In this document: piece by piece, positions 9,980 through 24,303 of the stretch
Numbering within the stretch: position 1 is the first letter of the stretch
How the letters are laid out: each line of letters begins with the position of its first letter
Assembly (NCBI GenBank): GCA_040386535.1
Contig: JAZKFH010000005.1
Span: forward strand, 6,058 to 70,057
Direction of reading: 5' to 3'
DNA length: 64,000 nt
Origin: Myxococcota bacterium
GTDB taxonomy: Bacteria > Myxococcota_A > UBA796 > SXON01
Made by a program: the position numbers and the translations under genes
Notes under the pieces: generated by a model
What the model was told of the DNA's origin: nothing
Databases searched by the model: none
The model's input: the letters and a program-made list of their open reading frames with translations, nothing else

Positions 9980-10168
9980 CGGTCCCGCCACGGACAGCGA
10001 GCCTGACCGCAAATCCCTCCCGTCGCCCGCTGGACGCCTCCGGCGCCGGCCGCGCCCCGGCCTCGGTTACAGGCCTCGGGCCTGCGCCCTCGGCCGGAAC
10101 GCAGCCGGCATCCGGAGGCGCCTCAGCGGGCTCGGTCCGGGAATTGCGGTCAGGCTCGGCGGGGACCG
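9980..10168. repeat. About 190-bp imperfect inverted repeat (REPIN/MITE-like hairpin)
   Basis: cgagcctgaccgcaa 9998-10012 is the exact reverse complement of 10144-10158. Nested arms gcccgctg/cagcgggc, gcctccgg/ccggaggc, ccggcc/ggccgg and caggcc/ggcctg. Lies between convergent genes. Confidence 0.75.
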
Positions 10169-10240
10169 GCCGCCCGAGGACGCGCGGCCGACTTCCGGGC
10201 GCCTGGCGCGGCCGCCCGAGGACGGGCGGCCGACCTCCGG
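10167..10240. repeat. Two 32-bp direct repeats, each a small hairpin (REP-like)
   Basis: cggccgcccgaggacg(c/g)gcggccgac(t/c)tccgg at 10167 and 10209, 30/32 identical. Confidence 0.7.
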
Positions 10241-10255
10241 ACCCTGACGCGGCCG

Positions 10256-10849
10256 CTACGCCCGCATCAACCCGCCGCCCACGAGGGCGAAGATCGTGTC
10301 CACCAGCCCGTCGACATCGAGCGGGCGGCGCCGCAGCAGGCACTGGTAGACCGGCTCCTTGAGCAGGCCGAGCAGGCAGCTCGCCGTGAGCCCCACGTCG
10401 CAGTCGCGCACGAGATCGAGCGCCTGGCCAGTCCGCAGCGCCCCCTCGATGCGCGCGGTGGCGGCGCCGTAGAAGTCGCCGAGGGTCTCGGTGCCCTCCG
10501 CGTCGATGCCGGCGGCGTCGGTGAAGAGGATGCGCGCGCCGTCGCCCATCTCCTGGAGCGTGGAGACGATGCCGCGCAGGTTCTCGCGCACCTGTGCCGG
10601 CACCGGCCGCGTCACGTCGATGGGCGCCACCGCGTCGACCACGCCCTCCATCAGCTCGTTGAGCACGGCCTGGAAGATGGCGCGCTTGCTCTCGAAGTAG
10701 TTGTAGAAGGTGCCCCGGGCGACCCCGGCGCCGTCGATGATGTCGGCCACGCCGGCCGCGTGGTAGCCCTTCGTGGCGAAAACGACACGCGCGGCGCCGA
10801 CGAGCTGGGCGCGGCGGGAGTCGGGGTCGATGGGGCGGGCACGGGCCAT
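10256..10849 (-). CDS. TetR/AcrR family transcriptional regulator
   Basis: RRAQLVGAARVVFATKGYHAAGVADIIDGAGVARGTFYNYFESK HTH; start trimmed to ATG 10849. Confidence 0.95.
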   Translation of the reverse strand: MARARPIDPDSRRAQLVGAARVVFATKGYHAAGVADIIDGAGVARGTFYNYFESKRAIFQAVLNELMEGVVDAVAPIDVTRPVPAQVRENLRGIVSTLQEMGDGARILFTDAAGIDAEGTETLGDFYGAATARIEGALRTGQALDLVRDCDVGLTASCLLGLLKEPVYQCLLRRRPLDVDGLVDTIFALVGGGLMRA

Positions 10850-11043
10850 GGGCGCGCGGCTATCCGATGGGCCGCCGCGCCGCCCGCATCCGTTCAGAAC
10901 GGTGCACGCTGGAAACATCTTGTCTCCCGCGTCTTCGCCACGACCGCGGGCTCGCCGGGATCCCCGCCTTGGTCCGAACGTTCGGCCGAGGTTGCGCTCA
11001 GCTTACTTATTCACGGCGCGCGCTTGCCCGTCCCCCCGGCCCT

Positions 11044-11090
11044 GGTGTAGCTTGAGCTACGCCGGAGGTAGACTGACGTGTCAGTCCACC
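11044..11090. promoter_or_regulatory. Two adjacent palindromes: candidate TetR operator(s) over the activase promoter
   Basis: ggtgtagct-tg-agctacgcc (11044-11063) and ggtagactgac-gt-gtcagtccacc (11067-11090). Possible -35 TTGCCC at 11024 and -10 TAGCTT at 11048. Confidence 0.6.
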
Positions 11091-11119
11091 CTCCGCACCC
11101 GCACCGCCCCGGAGATCTC

Positions 11120-14578
<3,459 letters not shown>

Positions 14579-14640
14579 CCCCCCTCCCCTCTTCCGTTTC
14601 CGCTTTCCACGAATCCTTTCCCCACTCCTAGGAGCCTCCC

Positions 14641-16209
<1,569 letters not shown>

Positions 16210-16227
16210 AGCACTCCGGAGGCGGTC

Positions 16228-16869
16228 ATGGACCCCAGGGTCAAGGCGAAGCTCAAGAAAGAGCTCGCGCGCATCGTCGCCGGAAAGGCGGCGGTGCGCT
16301 TCATGGTCGGGATGGCCGATCCGGATCCCGTGCTCCTGACCAGCCTCCGGAAGCTCGAGCTGTCGTCCTTCGGGATGGCGGTGAAGATGGCGTACATCAT
16401 GACGATCCCGACGCCCGCGGTCGTGGTCGTCGGGCAGGTGGGCCTCGACGAGGGGCTCTACAAGTTCGAGATGGGCCCGGGCGGCCGTGGCGTCATCACC
16501 ATCGACAAGCTCCGGATCGCGCTCCGCGCGCTGGGCACCGAGGCTGGCGTCTCGGCGCTGACGCGGTGCACCGTCGAGCTGCTCGTCGACGCGGACGATG
16601 ACGACGAGGCCCCGGCTGAGGAGCTCGTCGCCGCCCGGCGGCTGCTCTGCGGTGGCAGCGAGGAGAAGCTCGCCGCGCTCGCGGGCGCACTCGGCGGGCA
16701 GCCGGCGCTCCAGAAGGTGCTGCGGGACGTCGGCGGCGCGGCCGTACTCGCCCCGTTCGTCGTCGGGCTCTGCGAGGGGGACCCCAAGCGGGTCCGGGAG
16801 CTCCTCGCCAGGTTTCCCCCCGCTCGAATCAAGATCCTCGCGCGGAGCTGGGCGGGGGCGATCGTCTGA
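16228..16869 (+). CDS. Hypothetical protein
   Basis: GGAGG RBS; 213 aa; stop overlaps next start (TGATG). Confidence 0.65.
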   Translation: MDPRVKAKLKKELARIVAGKAAVRFMVGMADPDPVLLTSLRKLELSSFGMAVKMAYIMTIPTPAVVVVGQVGLDEGLYKFEMGPGGRGVITIDKLRIALRALGTEAGVSALTRCTVELLVDADDDDEAPAEELVAARRLLCGGSEEKLAALAGALGGQPALQKVLRDVGGAAVLAPFVVGLCEGDPKRVRELLARFPPARIKILARSWAGAIV

Positions 16870-18449
16870 TGCTGACGCGCGTACTGGCGGTGTTGTGTGG
16901 GGGTGACCTCGCGCTGCTCGATGACTTCCTGCTGGCGTTTCCCACCCACGCGGAGTTCCGGCCGGCCCTTGCGGCCTTCGGAACCCTCGAGGTCCTCGCG
17001 GGCTTCCTCGCCACCCGGTACCTCGGCGACTTCGCCAGGCTGCGGGCCGAGCTCGACAAGCTCGGCGTGGGCACGCTCAAGCGCATGGTCGCCGGCGCCG
17101 GCAAGCGCCGCGCGAGCGTGGCGGCGGCCGTCGACAAGGCCCGGGCCACGATCGACAGGCTCCTGCCGGCGATCGCGGCGGCCGAGCCGGTCGTCCTGGT
17201 CAACGCGCGCACGGCCCGCCGCGCGCTCGACGCTCGGTGGGCGCTCGTCTCGGAGTTCCCGACCGACCGGGACCTCCGGGAGGTCGTTGTCGCGATCAAG
17301 ACGGCCCAGGAGGCCGCGACGCTCGCGGGGCGAGGCGGGGCGGATCCGGTCGCCCCCGCGGCGCAGGCGGCCTGGACCGGCGAGCGCCGGGCCGCGCGGG
17401 CTCGGGTCGACGACTTGCGGCGGCGAATCGTCGATGCGCGTGCCAAGGCGGGCTCGGACGCCGATCTGAAGCCGGTCACGTCGGCGCTCGTCCCCGTGAT
17501 CGAGGGGCTGAAGCAGCTGGATGCGGGCGGGATCGACGCGTCGTACCTCGCCCACGTGAACACCTTGATTGACAAGCTGAGCCGCAAGCTCGGGGGGCTC
17601 GAAGCCGCCCACGCGCGCAAGCGGGAGCGCGCGGAGGTGTTGTTGGAGGGCCCTTTCGACGTGCTCGGGGACGCGCTCCCCAACGGCGACGTAGCGCTCC
17701 GCGAGGCCCTGAGGACCGCCCCCGTCCAGGTGTCCGACGAAGACCTGACCGCGCTCGAAACCAGGCTGCCCGCGCTCGCGGGGGCGTACCTGTTCGTCGA
17801 AGACCTGCGCGTGACGCTCCGGGTGCGCCTGGACGCGCTCTACGGAAAGGCCAAAGCTGCGCAGTTCCTGCAGCAGCTCGCTCAATTGGACGCGCAGTGC
17901 AAAGACAAGGACTGGGTCCAGTTGCGGCGGAAACTCGAGGCGCTGAATCACACGGTGGCGGCGTTCGAAACAGAACTCGCCGCGTCCGCTGCCGCCACGG
18001 TGGCAGCGAACGCCCAGGCCGTCGCCCTCCAGGCACAGAGGGTGCGCGAGGACGCCGACGCGCTGGCCTGGGGGAAGGTCCAGTTCGACCGCAACCCGAT
18101 CCTCGCGCAGGTCTGGGCCAAGACCCACCTCAACCGCCAGCAGGCGACCGAGAACGCCTCCATCCCCGGGACACATTCGTGGGCGGCCGTCAAGCAGGCG
18201 ATCACCGTGTGGGAGGCGGCGGGGGCGGGGTCCGGGGTGGTGTCCCACGTGCACGTCGCCGGAGGCCGACCCCAGGCGAAGTGGGAGAAGGACGCGGCGC
18301 GACAGGTGGCGCAGGCCAACTTCATCTGCACGTGGCGCGGCGTCGTCGTGGACATCCACGTGACCGTGGAGATCCGGAGCTTCCTCGCGAACGGCACGTG
18401 GAAGCGGGAGAAGCTGCCCGACGCGCTCAAGCCCTACGCCCCAGGTTGA
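16869..18449 (+). CDS. Hypothetical protein with long helical region and distinct C-terminal alpha/beta domain
   Basis: 526 aa, translationally coupled to the upstream gene; no family recognised. Confidence 0.7.
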   Translation: MLTRVLAVLCGGDLALLDDFLLAFPTHAEFRPALAAFGTLEVLAGFLATRYLGDFARLRAELDKLGVGTLKRMVAGAGKRRASVAAAVDKARATIDRLLPAIAAAEPVVLVNARTARRALDARWALVSEFPTDRDLREVVVAIKTAQEAATLAGRGGADPVAPAAQAAWTGERRAARARVDDLRRRIVDARAKAGSDADLKPVTSALVPVIEGLKQLDAGGIDASYLAHVNTLIDKLSRKLGGLEAAHARKRERAEVLLEGPFDVLGDALPNGDVALREALRTAPVQVSDEDLTALETRLPALAGAYLFVEDLRVTLRVRLDALYGKAKAAQFLQQLAQLDAQCKDKDWVQLRRKLEALNHTVAAFETELAASAAATVAANAQAVALQAQRVREDADALAWGKVQFDRNPILAQVWAKTHLNRQQATENASIPGTHSWAAVKQAITVWEAAGAGSGVVSHVHVAGGRPQAKWEKDAARQVAQANFICTWRGVVVDIHVTVEIRSFLANGTWKREKLPDALKPYAPG

Positions 18450-18496
18450 ACCGAGGCACGCGACTTGCTTTCCAGGTCGGCAGTCTGGAGCTTTGT

Positions 18497-18925
18497 ATGC
18501 ACCGCCTCCTCGGCCTCGCCCTCGTCCTCCCGCTCTTGTCCGCCTGCGACCCCAAGGATTGCACCCTCGTCGGCTGCGCCAGCCAGCTCGCCCTCACGAT
18601 CACCGGCCCCGGTGAGGTGATCGGATTGTCGGGGTCGGTGACGGTGGGCGAGCACACCTTCCTGGTCGACTGCGCCAGCGACAGCGACCCGGCGGTGACG
18701 TGTGACGGGGCCTCCCTGGTCCTCGATCTCCCCGAGGGCGTGGGCGGCGGCGAGGTCGAGTGGTCGCTCTCCTCCGACGGCCCCGACGGCGGCGAGAGCG
18801 GCGGGAGCTACGCCGGCGAGGGCGCGTTCACCCCCGACTGGACGAGCAGCACCCCCAACGGCCCCGACTGCGGGCCCGAGTGTTGGTCCGGGGCGGGGTC
18901 GGTGGAGCTGCTCGGGACGCCGTAG
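18497..18925 (+). CDS. Small Cys-containing lipoprotein
   Basis: ATG 18497 after GGAG: MHRLLGLALVLPLLSAC, CTLVGC...PNGPDCGPEC. Confidence 0.8.
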   Translation: MHRLLGLALVLPLLSACDPKDCTLVGCASQLALTITGPGEVIGLSGSVTVGEHTFLVDCASDSDPAVTCDGASLVLDLPEGVGGGEVEWSLSSDGPDGGESGGSYAGEGAFTPDWTSSTPNGPDCGPECWSGAGSVELLGTP

Positions 18926-18941
18926 CGCCAAGGGCCAGCTG

Positions 18942-19958
18942 CTACGGCCGCCAGTCCAGCCGCCCCACCACCACCCCCGGCGTGACGATCCGCCACAGCT
19001 CCTGGCCCGCCGGATCGAGCGCGAGGACCACGCCCTCGGCGCCGAAGCTGGCGAGCCGCACGCCGTCGTCCCGCATGAAGTGGTCGCCGAGCACGGGGGT
19101 CGCGAGCCCGTCCGCCGGGGCCCACGACCACGTGATCTCCGCGTCCCAGCTCACCTCGATCAGGCGCGAGGCACCGTCGGGGCCCGCGTTGTCGAACAGG
19201 CGCACGCCGGTGGGACTCACGCTCGGCGCGTGTTGGGGCCCGAAGGGAGAGGTGGCGGCGGCGCCATCGAGCACGCGCAGGTGCCGGCCGGAGGCGCGGT
19301 CGATCTCCACGACCTGGGCGAGGCAGTAGAGGGACACGAGGTAGGCGTCACGCTCGGGCGACCACGCCATGCCGTTGGCGTGGGTCCAATCGCGCGGCGT
19401 CTTCTCGCCACACCACACCGTCGTGGAGTCGGCGAGGTCCAGCTGCTCGAACGCGCTCCACACCTGGCGCTCGGTCCCGTCGGGTGCGCGCTCGCGCACG
19501 AGATCCCCGAGGATCGAGACCCCGTCGATCTCGCGCACCTCCTCCGCGAGCCACGCGACCGTGCCGTCGTCGAGCACCACGAAGTCGTGGTGGCCGCGCG
19601 GCGTGGCGAACGTCTCGGTCTCGCCGGAGATCCCATCGATACGGTTGAGCGACTGCTCGGGCCCCATCGTGTTGTACCAGAGCGAATCTCCCACCCAACG
19701 GGCCGCGGTCGGAAACAACCCGGTTTGGTAGGACTCGACGACACACCCGCCCGAGCCCACTACGACAACCCCGGCCTGCTCGTCGACCGGGTCGTACCAC
19801 GGGAGGAGCACCTCGCCGTCGAGGGCCCCCGAGACGAGGGTGAACGCGGGCGCGCCGTCGACCGCGGCGCACGGCTCGCCCGTGTCCTCCACGGAGGCGG
19901 TGTCGGGCACGGGGGTGGGATTGTCGACACAGGCGAACAAAGAAAAGAGCATCAGCAC
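18942..19958 (-). CDS. Aryl-sulfate sulfotransferase (ASST)-like beta-propeller lipoprotein
   Basis: HHDF, DWTHANG, QHAP, LFDN motifs; LFSLFAC lipobox. Confidence 0.75.
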   Translation of the reverse strand: MLMLFSLFACVDNPTPVPDTASVEDTGEPCAAVDGAPAFTLVSGALDGEVLLPWYDPVDEQAGVVVVGSGGCVVESYQTGLFPTAARWVGDSLWYNTMGPEQSLNRIDGISGETETFATPRGHHDFVVLDDGTVAWLAEEVREIDGVSILGDLVRERAPDGTERQVWSAFEQLDLADSTTVWCGEKTPRDWTHANGMAWSPERDAYLVSLYCLAQVVEIDRASGRHLRVLDGAAATSPFGPQHAPSVSPTGVRLFDNAGPDGASRLIEVSWDAEITWSWAPADGLATPVLGDHFMRDDGVRLASFGAEGVVLALDPAGQELWRIVTPGVVVGRLDWRP

Positions 19959-20025
19959 GTGATGCGCACTCTCGCCGGAACGGACCGCGGCGGGACTTAC
20001 GGGGGGCTTACCAACCCGCCGGACG

Positions 20026-22602
20026 CTAGTGTGCTTCGGCCCAGCTCGCGCCCACCCCCACGTTCACCACGAGCGGCACCGCCAGCGCCTGGTCGTCCGG
20101 CAACGGGTGCTCCATCGCCTCCCGCACCATCTCCACCACCCGATCGACCTCGTCGTCCGGCGCCTCGAGCACGAGCTCGTCGTGCACCTGGAGCAACATC
20201 CGGGTGCGCATCCCCTCCAGATCGCGGGCGATCTTCAGCATCGCGAGCTTGCACAGGTCTGCCGCCGAGCCCTGGATGGGCGTGTTGGCCGCGATGCGCT
20301 CGCCGGCCGTGCGGTCCTGGGAGTTGAGGCGGGACAGCTCGGGGATGTAGCGCCTGCGCCCGAGCAACGTCGTGACATACCCGTGCGCGGTCGCCTCCAC
20401 GATGGTGCGATCCAGCCACTCGCGGACGCCCGCGTACGTCGCGAAGTAGCGCTCGATGGCGGTCTGCGCCTCCTTGCGCGGGATGCCGAGGATGGACGCG
20501 AGGGCGGTGGCGCCCTGGCCGTAGATGGTGGCGAAGTTGACCGTCTTGCCGACGTTGCGCTGCTCGGGGGTCACCGCGTCGAGCGGGACGCCGTAGATCT
20601 CGCCGGCGGTGCGGCGGTGCACGTCGGCGCCGGTGCGGAAGGCCTCGACGAGCACCGGATCGCCCGAGAAGTGCGCGAGGACGCGCAGCTCGATCTGGCT
20701 CCAATCGGCCGACACCAGCTTGCAGCCCGGCGAGGCGACGAACGCCGCGCGGATGCGACGCCCCTCGGGCGTCCGCACCGGGGTGCGCTGCAGGTCGGGG
20801 TCCGTGGAGATGAGGCGGCCCGACACGCCGGTGGTCTGCTGGAAGGTGGCGTGCACGCGCCCGGTGCGCGGATCGACGGCCTTCTGGAGCACGTCGGTGT
20901 AGGTGTTGATGAGCTTGGCGAGCATGCGCTGCTCCAACAGGAGCCCCGCGATCGGGTGCTTGGCAACGAGCGCTTCGAGCACCTCCGCGTCGGTCGACCA
21001 GCCGGTCTTCGTCTTCTTGATCACCGGGAGCTTCAGCTCCTCGAACAACACGGTGCCGAGCTGGGTGGTGCTCCCGACGTTGAAGGGGTGCCCCGCGAGC
21101 TCGTAGATCTTCCGCTCCACCTCCTCCTTGCGCGCGGTGAAGTCGACGCCCAGCCGCGCCAGATCCGCCTTGTCGACCGGGATGCCGGCGGTCTCCATGT
21201 CCCCGAGGACAAAGGCCAGGGGCAGCTCCACGGCGTAGTAGTGGTCGAGCTGGCCGGCCTCCTCCATCTTCTCCAGCAGCACCGGCCAGAGCCGCGCGAT
21301 CGCGTCGGCGGCGACCTCGGGCGGCGGATCGGCGGGCAGCGCCTGTTGGAGGTACGCGCGGCTCACCTGGTCCAGGCGGTGCGGCACGTTGCCCGTCGGG
21401 TCGACCAGGAAGGACGCCAACATCGTGTCGTCGCACCCACGCAGCGGGATGCCGAGCCGCCCCAGGGCCTTGGCCAGGGCCTTGGCGTCGTGGGTGACCT
21501 TGAGGCGGGTCGGGCTCGAGAGCCACGCGGCGATGGAGCTCGGATCGCTGACGAGGTGCGCGCGCCCGGCCACGCCGCAGAGCGCGAGGCGGAGCAGGAC
21601 ACCGGCGCCGCCGTCGGGGGGACCGAGCACCGGCGCGATCGCGACGACGCCGTCCAGGTCCGGGAGCCCGTCGACGATCGTGATGGCCTCGACCGCCGGG
21701 CCCCCGCCGTCCGTGAGGAGCGAGTGGAACTCGAGCGCGCGGTAGATCGTGTCGAGCGCGGTGGCGTCGGTCACGGGGATGGCGAGCCCCTCCACCTGCA
21801 CGTCGATGGGCGCGTGCTGGTCGATGGTGGCGAGATCGCGGGACAGGTACGCCAGGGCGCGGTGCTCGGTGAGCGCGGTGCGGGCGCGTGTCGGCACCTC
21901 GTCGAGGCGGGCGTAGATCTCGTCGAGGCCCCCGTAGGTCGTGAGCAACTGCAGCGCGCCCTTCTCGCCGAGGCCCGCCACGCCGGGGATGTTGTCGACC
22001 GTGTCCCCGAGGATCGCGAGCAGGTCGACGATGCGCTCCGGCGGCACGCCCCACTTCTTCCGCACCAGCTCGGGGTCGTAGGTCACATCCTTCATCGGGT
22101 CGAACAACCGCACGCCCTCCCCGACGAGCTGGGCGAAGTCCTTGTCCCCCGACACCACCACCACCTCGTGTCCCGCCTCGCGGGCCTCACGGGCGAGCGT
22201 CCCGATGACATCGTCCGCCTCCCACCCCGGCACGCGGAGGATCGGAAAACCGTTCGCGGTCACGAGCCGGTCGATCCAGGCGAGCTGGTCGCGGAGCAGG
22301 TCCTGCATCGGCGGGCGTTGGGCCTTGTACTCGGGGAACTTCACCTCGCGGTGCGTCGCCCCCGGCGCGTCGAACACCACCGCCCCGTAGGTGGGGCGCT
22401 TGGCCGCGAAGAGCTTCCGGAACATCGTCGCGAAGCCGTAGATGGCGTTGGTCGGCTGCCCCTCCGCGGTGCGGAAGTTCGACGGGATCGCGAAGAACGC
22501 GCGGTAGGTGAGCCACGTCCCGTCGATGAGGACGACACGATCGGAGCGCTGGGAGGAAGAGCGCGGCGTGGAGGAGCGCGGCGGGGTGGATCGGGTGGCC
22601 AT
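20026..22602 (-). CDS. polA: DNA polymerase I (5'-3' exonuclease and polymerase intact; 3'-5' exonuclease degenerate)
   Basis: LIDG, VFD, YKAQR, EADD, SGDKD, GDTVDN; motif A ADWSQIELR, motif B KTVNFATIYG, motif C QVHDEL. Confidence 0.95.
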   Translation of the reverse strand: MATRSTPPRSSTPRSSSQRSDRVVLIDGTWLTYRAFFAIPSNFRTAEGQPTNAIYGFATMFRKLFAAKRPTYGAVVFDAPGATHREVKFPEYKAQRPPMQDLLRDQLAWIDRLVTANGFPILRVPGWEADDVIGTLAREAREAGHEVVVVSGDKDFAQLVGEGVRLFDPMKDVTYDPELVRKKWGVPPERIVDLLAILGDTVDNIPGVAGLGEKGALQLLTTYGGLDEIYARLDEVPTRARTALTEHRALAYLSRDLATIDQHAPIDVQVEGLAIPVTDATALDTIYRALEFHSLLTDGGGPAVEAITIVDGLPDLDGVVAIAPVLGPPDGGAGVLLRLALCGVAGRAHLVSDPSSIAAWLSSPTRLKVTHDAKALAKALGRLGIPLRGCDDTMLASFLVDPTGNVPHRLDQVSRAYLQQALPADPPPEVAADAIARLWPVLLEKMEEAGQLDHYYAVELPLAFVLGDMETAGIPVDKADLARLGVDFTARKEEVERKIYELAGHPFNVGSTTQLGTVLFEELKLPVIKKTKTGWSTDAEVLEALVAKHPIAGLLLEQRMLAKLINTYTDVLQKAVDPRTGRVHATFQQTTGVSGRLISTDPDLQRTPVRTPEGRRIRAAFVASPGCKLVSADWSQIELRVLAHFSGDPVLVEAFRTGADVHRRTAGEIYGVPLDAVTPEQRNVGKTVNFATIYGQGATALASILGIPRKEAQTAIERYFATYAGVREWLDRTIVEATAHGYVTTLLGRRRYIPELSRLNSQDRTAGERIAANTPIQGSAADLCKLAMLKIARDLEGMRTRMLLQVHDELVLEAPDDEVDRVVEMVREAMEHPLPDDQALAVPLVVNVGVGASWAEAH

Positions 22603-22611
22603 GAAGCCCCG

Positions 22612-24243
22612 CTATCCAGGGTGGACGGCCGCCGCGAACTCCCCCACGTCCCGCGTGTTGAGCACCTCGCCGCGCCGCACCCAGCCGCGGCGGGCCATCG
22701 CGACGCCGTAGACGAGGTGGTCGAACCCGCCGACGGAGTGCGCGTCCACGGAGACGACGAAGCTGCCCACCCCGCGCCGCCGCGCCTCGCGGATCCAGTC
22801 CGGCGCGAGATCGAGGCGGTAGGGGTCGCCGTTGATCTCGATGGTGGCGCGGCTCTGGGCGACCACGTCGAGCAGGTGGGGGACGTCGACGTCGATGGGG
22901 TCGCGACGGTCCACGAGGCGCCCGAGCGCGTGGCCCCAGATCTTGTGGACGGGGTGCCGCAGCGCGCGCTCCACCCGCGCGGTCATCGCGGCGCGGTCGA
23001 GCTTCCCGCGGGTGTGGATGCTCGCGATGACGAGGTCCATCCGCGCGAGCACGGCGTCGGGGTAGTCGAGCGCGCCGTCCGGGAGGATGTCCGACTCGGC
23101 GCCGCGGAGGAGCCGCACCGGTGTGGTGCGCTGGACGGCCTCGATCTCCGCCCACTGCGCCGGCAAACGATCCAGCGTCACGCCGCCGGCGTAGTGCGCG
23201 GCCGGCGAGTGGTCGGTGATCGTGAGGTACCGCATGCCGCGGGCCTCCGCGCCGCGGGCGAGCTCGGCGATGGGGTCGCGCCCGTCGGACCAGGTGCTGT
23301 GGCAGTGCACGAGGCCGACCACGTCCGCCACGGTCAACAGATCCGTCGGGAGCGAGCCGGCGCGCGCCGCCTCGATCTCGCCGACGTCCTCGCGCAGCTC
23401 GGGGGGTACCTCCTGCATCCCCATCGCCGCGTAGATGGCCGCCTCGTCCGGGCCGTCGGGGATCTCCCCGAGGCGACGCACGTGCGCGTCGGAGCCGGTC
23501 GCCAGCAGGAGCACGCGCGCGAACGAGTCCGGCGGGACCACGTAGATCTCGACCGGCAGCCCGCCCGCGAGCCGCCCACGCACCCGCCCGGGCTCCACGT
23601 GGGCGTCCACCAGCGGCGGCCACGCCGCGGCCCGGGCGAGCGCCGCCTCGCCGCCCACCACCACGACCCGGAGCGCCTCGACGGTCTCCTTCCAGCGGCG
23701 GACGTCCCCCGCGACCGTGCCCCCCGTCCACGCCGCGAGCGCCTTCGCGTCCGGACGGGCATCCACGAGCAGCACCCGTCGCCCCCGCGCCTCTGCGTGC
23801 GCCAGGGCCGCGCGCACCCGCTGCACCGTCGTGGGCCCGAAGCCCTTCACGGCGGCGATCCGGCCCGAGGCCAGCGCCTCGCGGAGCGCGTCGAGCGTGC
23901 CGATCCCGGCGCGCGTGACCTCCGCGGCCTGCTTGGGGGTCAAGACACCGAGCAGCGCCGGCGAGGGGGTCGTCGCGCGCAGCTTGTCGAGCAGCTCGGA
24001 GCGCCCGCCGTTCGCGAGGGTGGTGATCGTCGCCGCGAGCGCGCCGCCGATGCCGGGCGTCTGCTCCAAGCTCCCGCGCGTACCGCCGCCGCCCAACGCC
24101 GCCGCGAACCTGTCGTCGTCGAGCGCGCGGAGGGCCTCGGCGCCCTTGGTGTAGGCGCGCGCGCGAAAGGGGTTCTCGCCCGAGGCCTGGAGCCGCACCG
24201 CAATCTCGTCGAGCAACGCGGCGATCTCGGTGCGGTCGGCCAT
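22612..24243 (-). CDS. polX: PolX-PHP protein with non-canonical polymerase site
   Basis: Real start ATG 24243 (MADRTEIA). ENPFRARAY, PGIG HhH, LATGS, PPELRE; PHP motifs HCHSTWSDG, ITDHS, GAESDI, ASIH, WGH, EING, VDAH. Confidence 0.9.
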   Translation of the reverse strand: MADRTEIAALLDEIAVRLQASGENPFRARAYTKGAEALRALDDDRFAAALGGGGTRGSLEQTPGIGGALAATITTLANGGRSELLDKLRATTPSPALLGVLTPKQAAEVTRAGIGTLDALREALASGRIAAVKGFGPTTVQRVRAALAHAEARGRRVLLVDARPDAKALAAWTGGTVAGDVRRWKETVEALRVVVVGGEAALARAAAWPPLVDAHVEPGRVRGRLAGGLPVEIYVVPPDSFARVLLLATGSDAHVRRLGEIPDGPDEAAIYAAMGMQEVPPELREDVGEIEAARAGSLPTDLLTVADVVGLVHCHSTWSDGRDPIAELARGAEARGMRYLTITDHSPAAHYAGGVTLDRLPAQWAEIEAVQRTTPVRLLRGAESDILPDGALDYPDAVLARMDLVIASIHTRGKLDRAAMTARVERALRHPVHKIWGHALGRLVDRRDPIDVDVPHLLDVVAQSRATIEINGDPYRLDLAPDWIREARRRGVGSFVVSVDAHSVGGFDHLVYGVAMARRGWVRRGEVLNTRDVGEFAAAVHPG

Positions 24244-24303
24244 CCCGCAACGTAGGCGCGGAGAGGACTCCAGGGCGCTCGGGGCCTGTGATACCCTCGG
24301 AAA

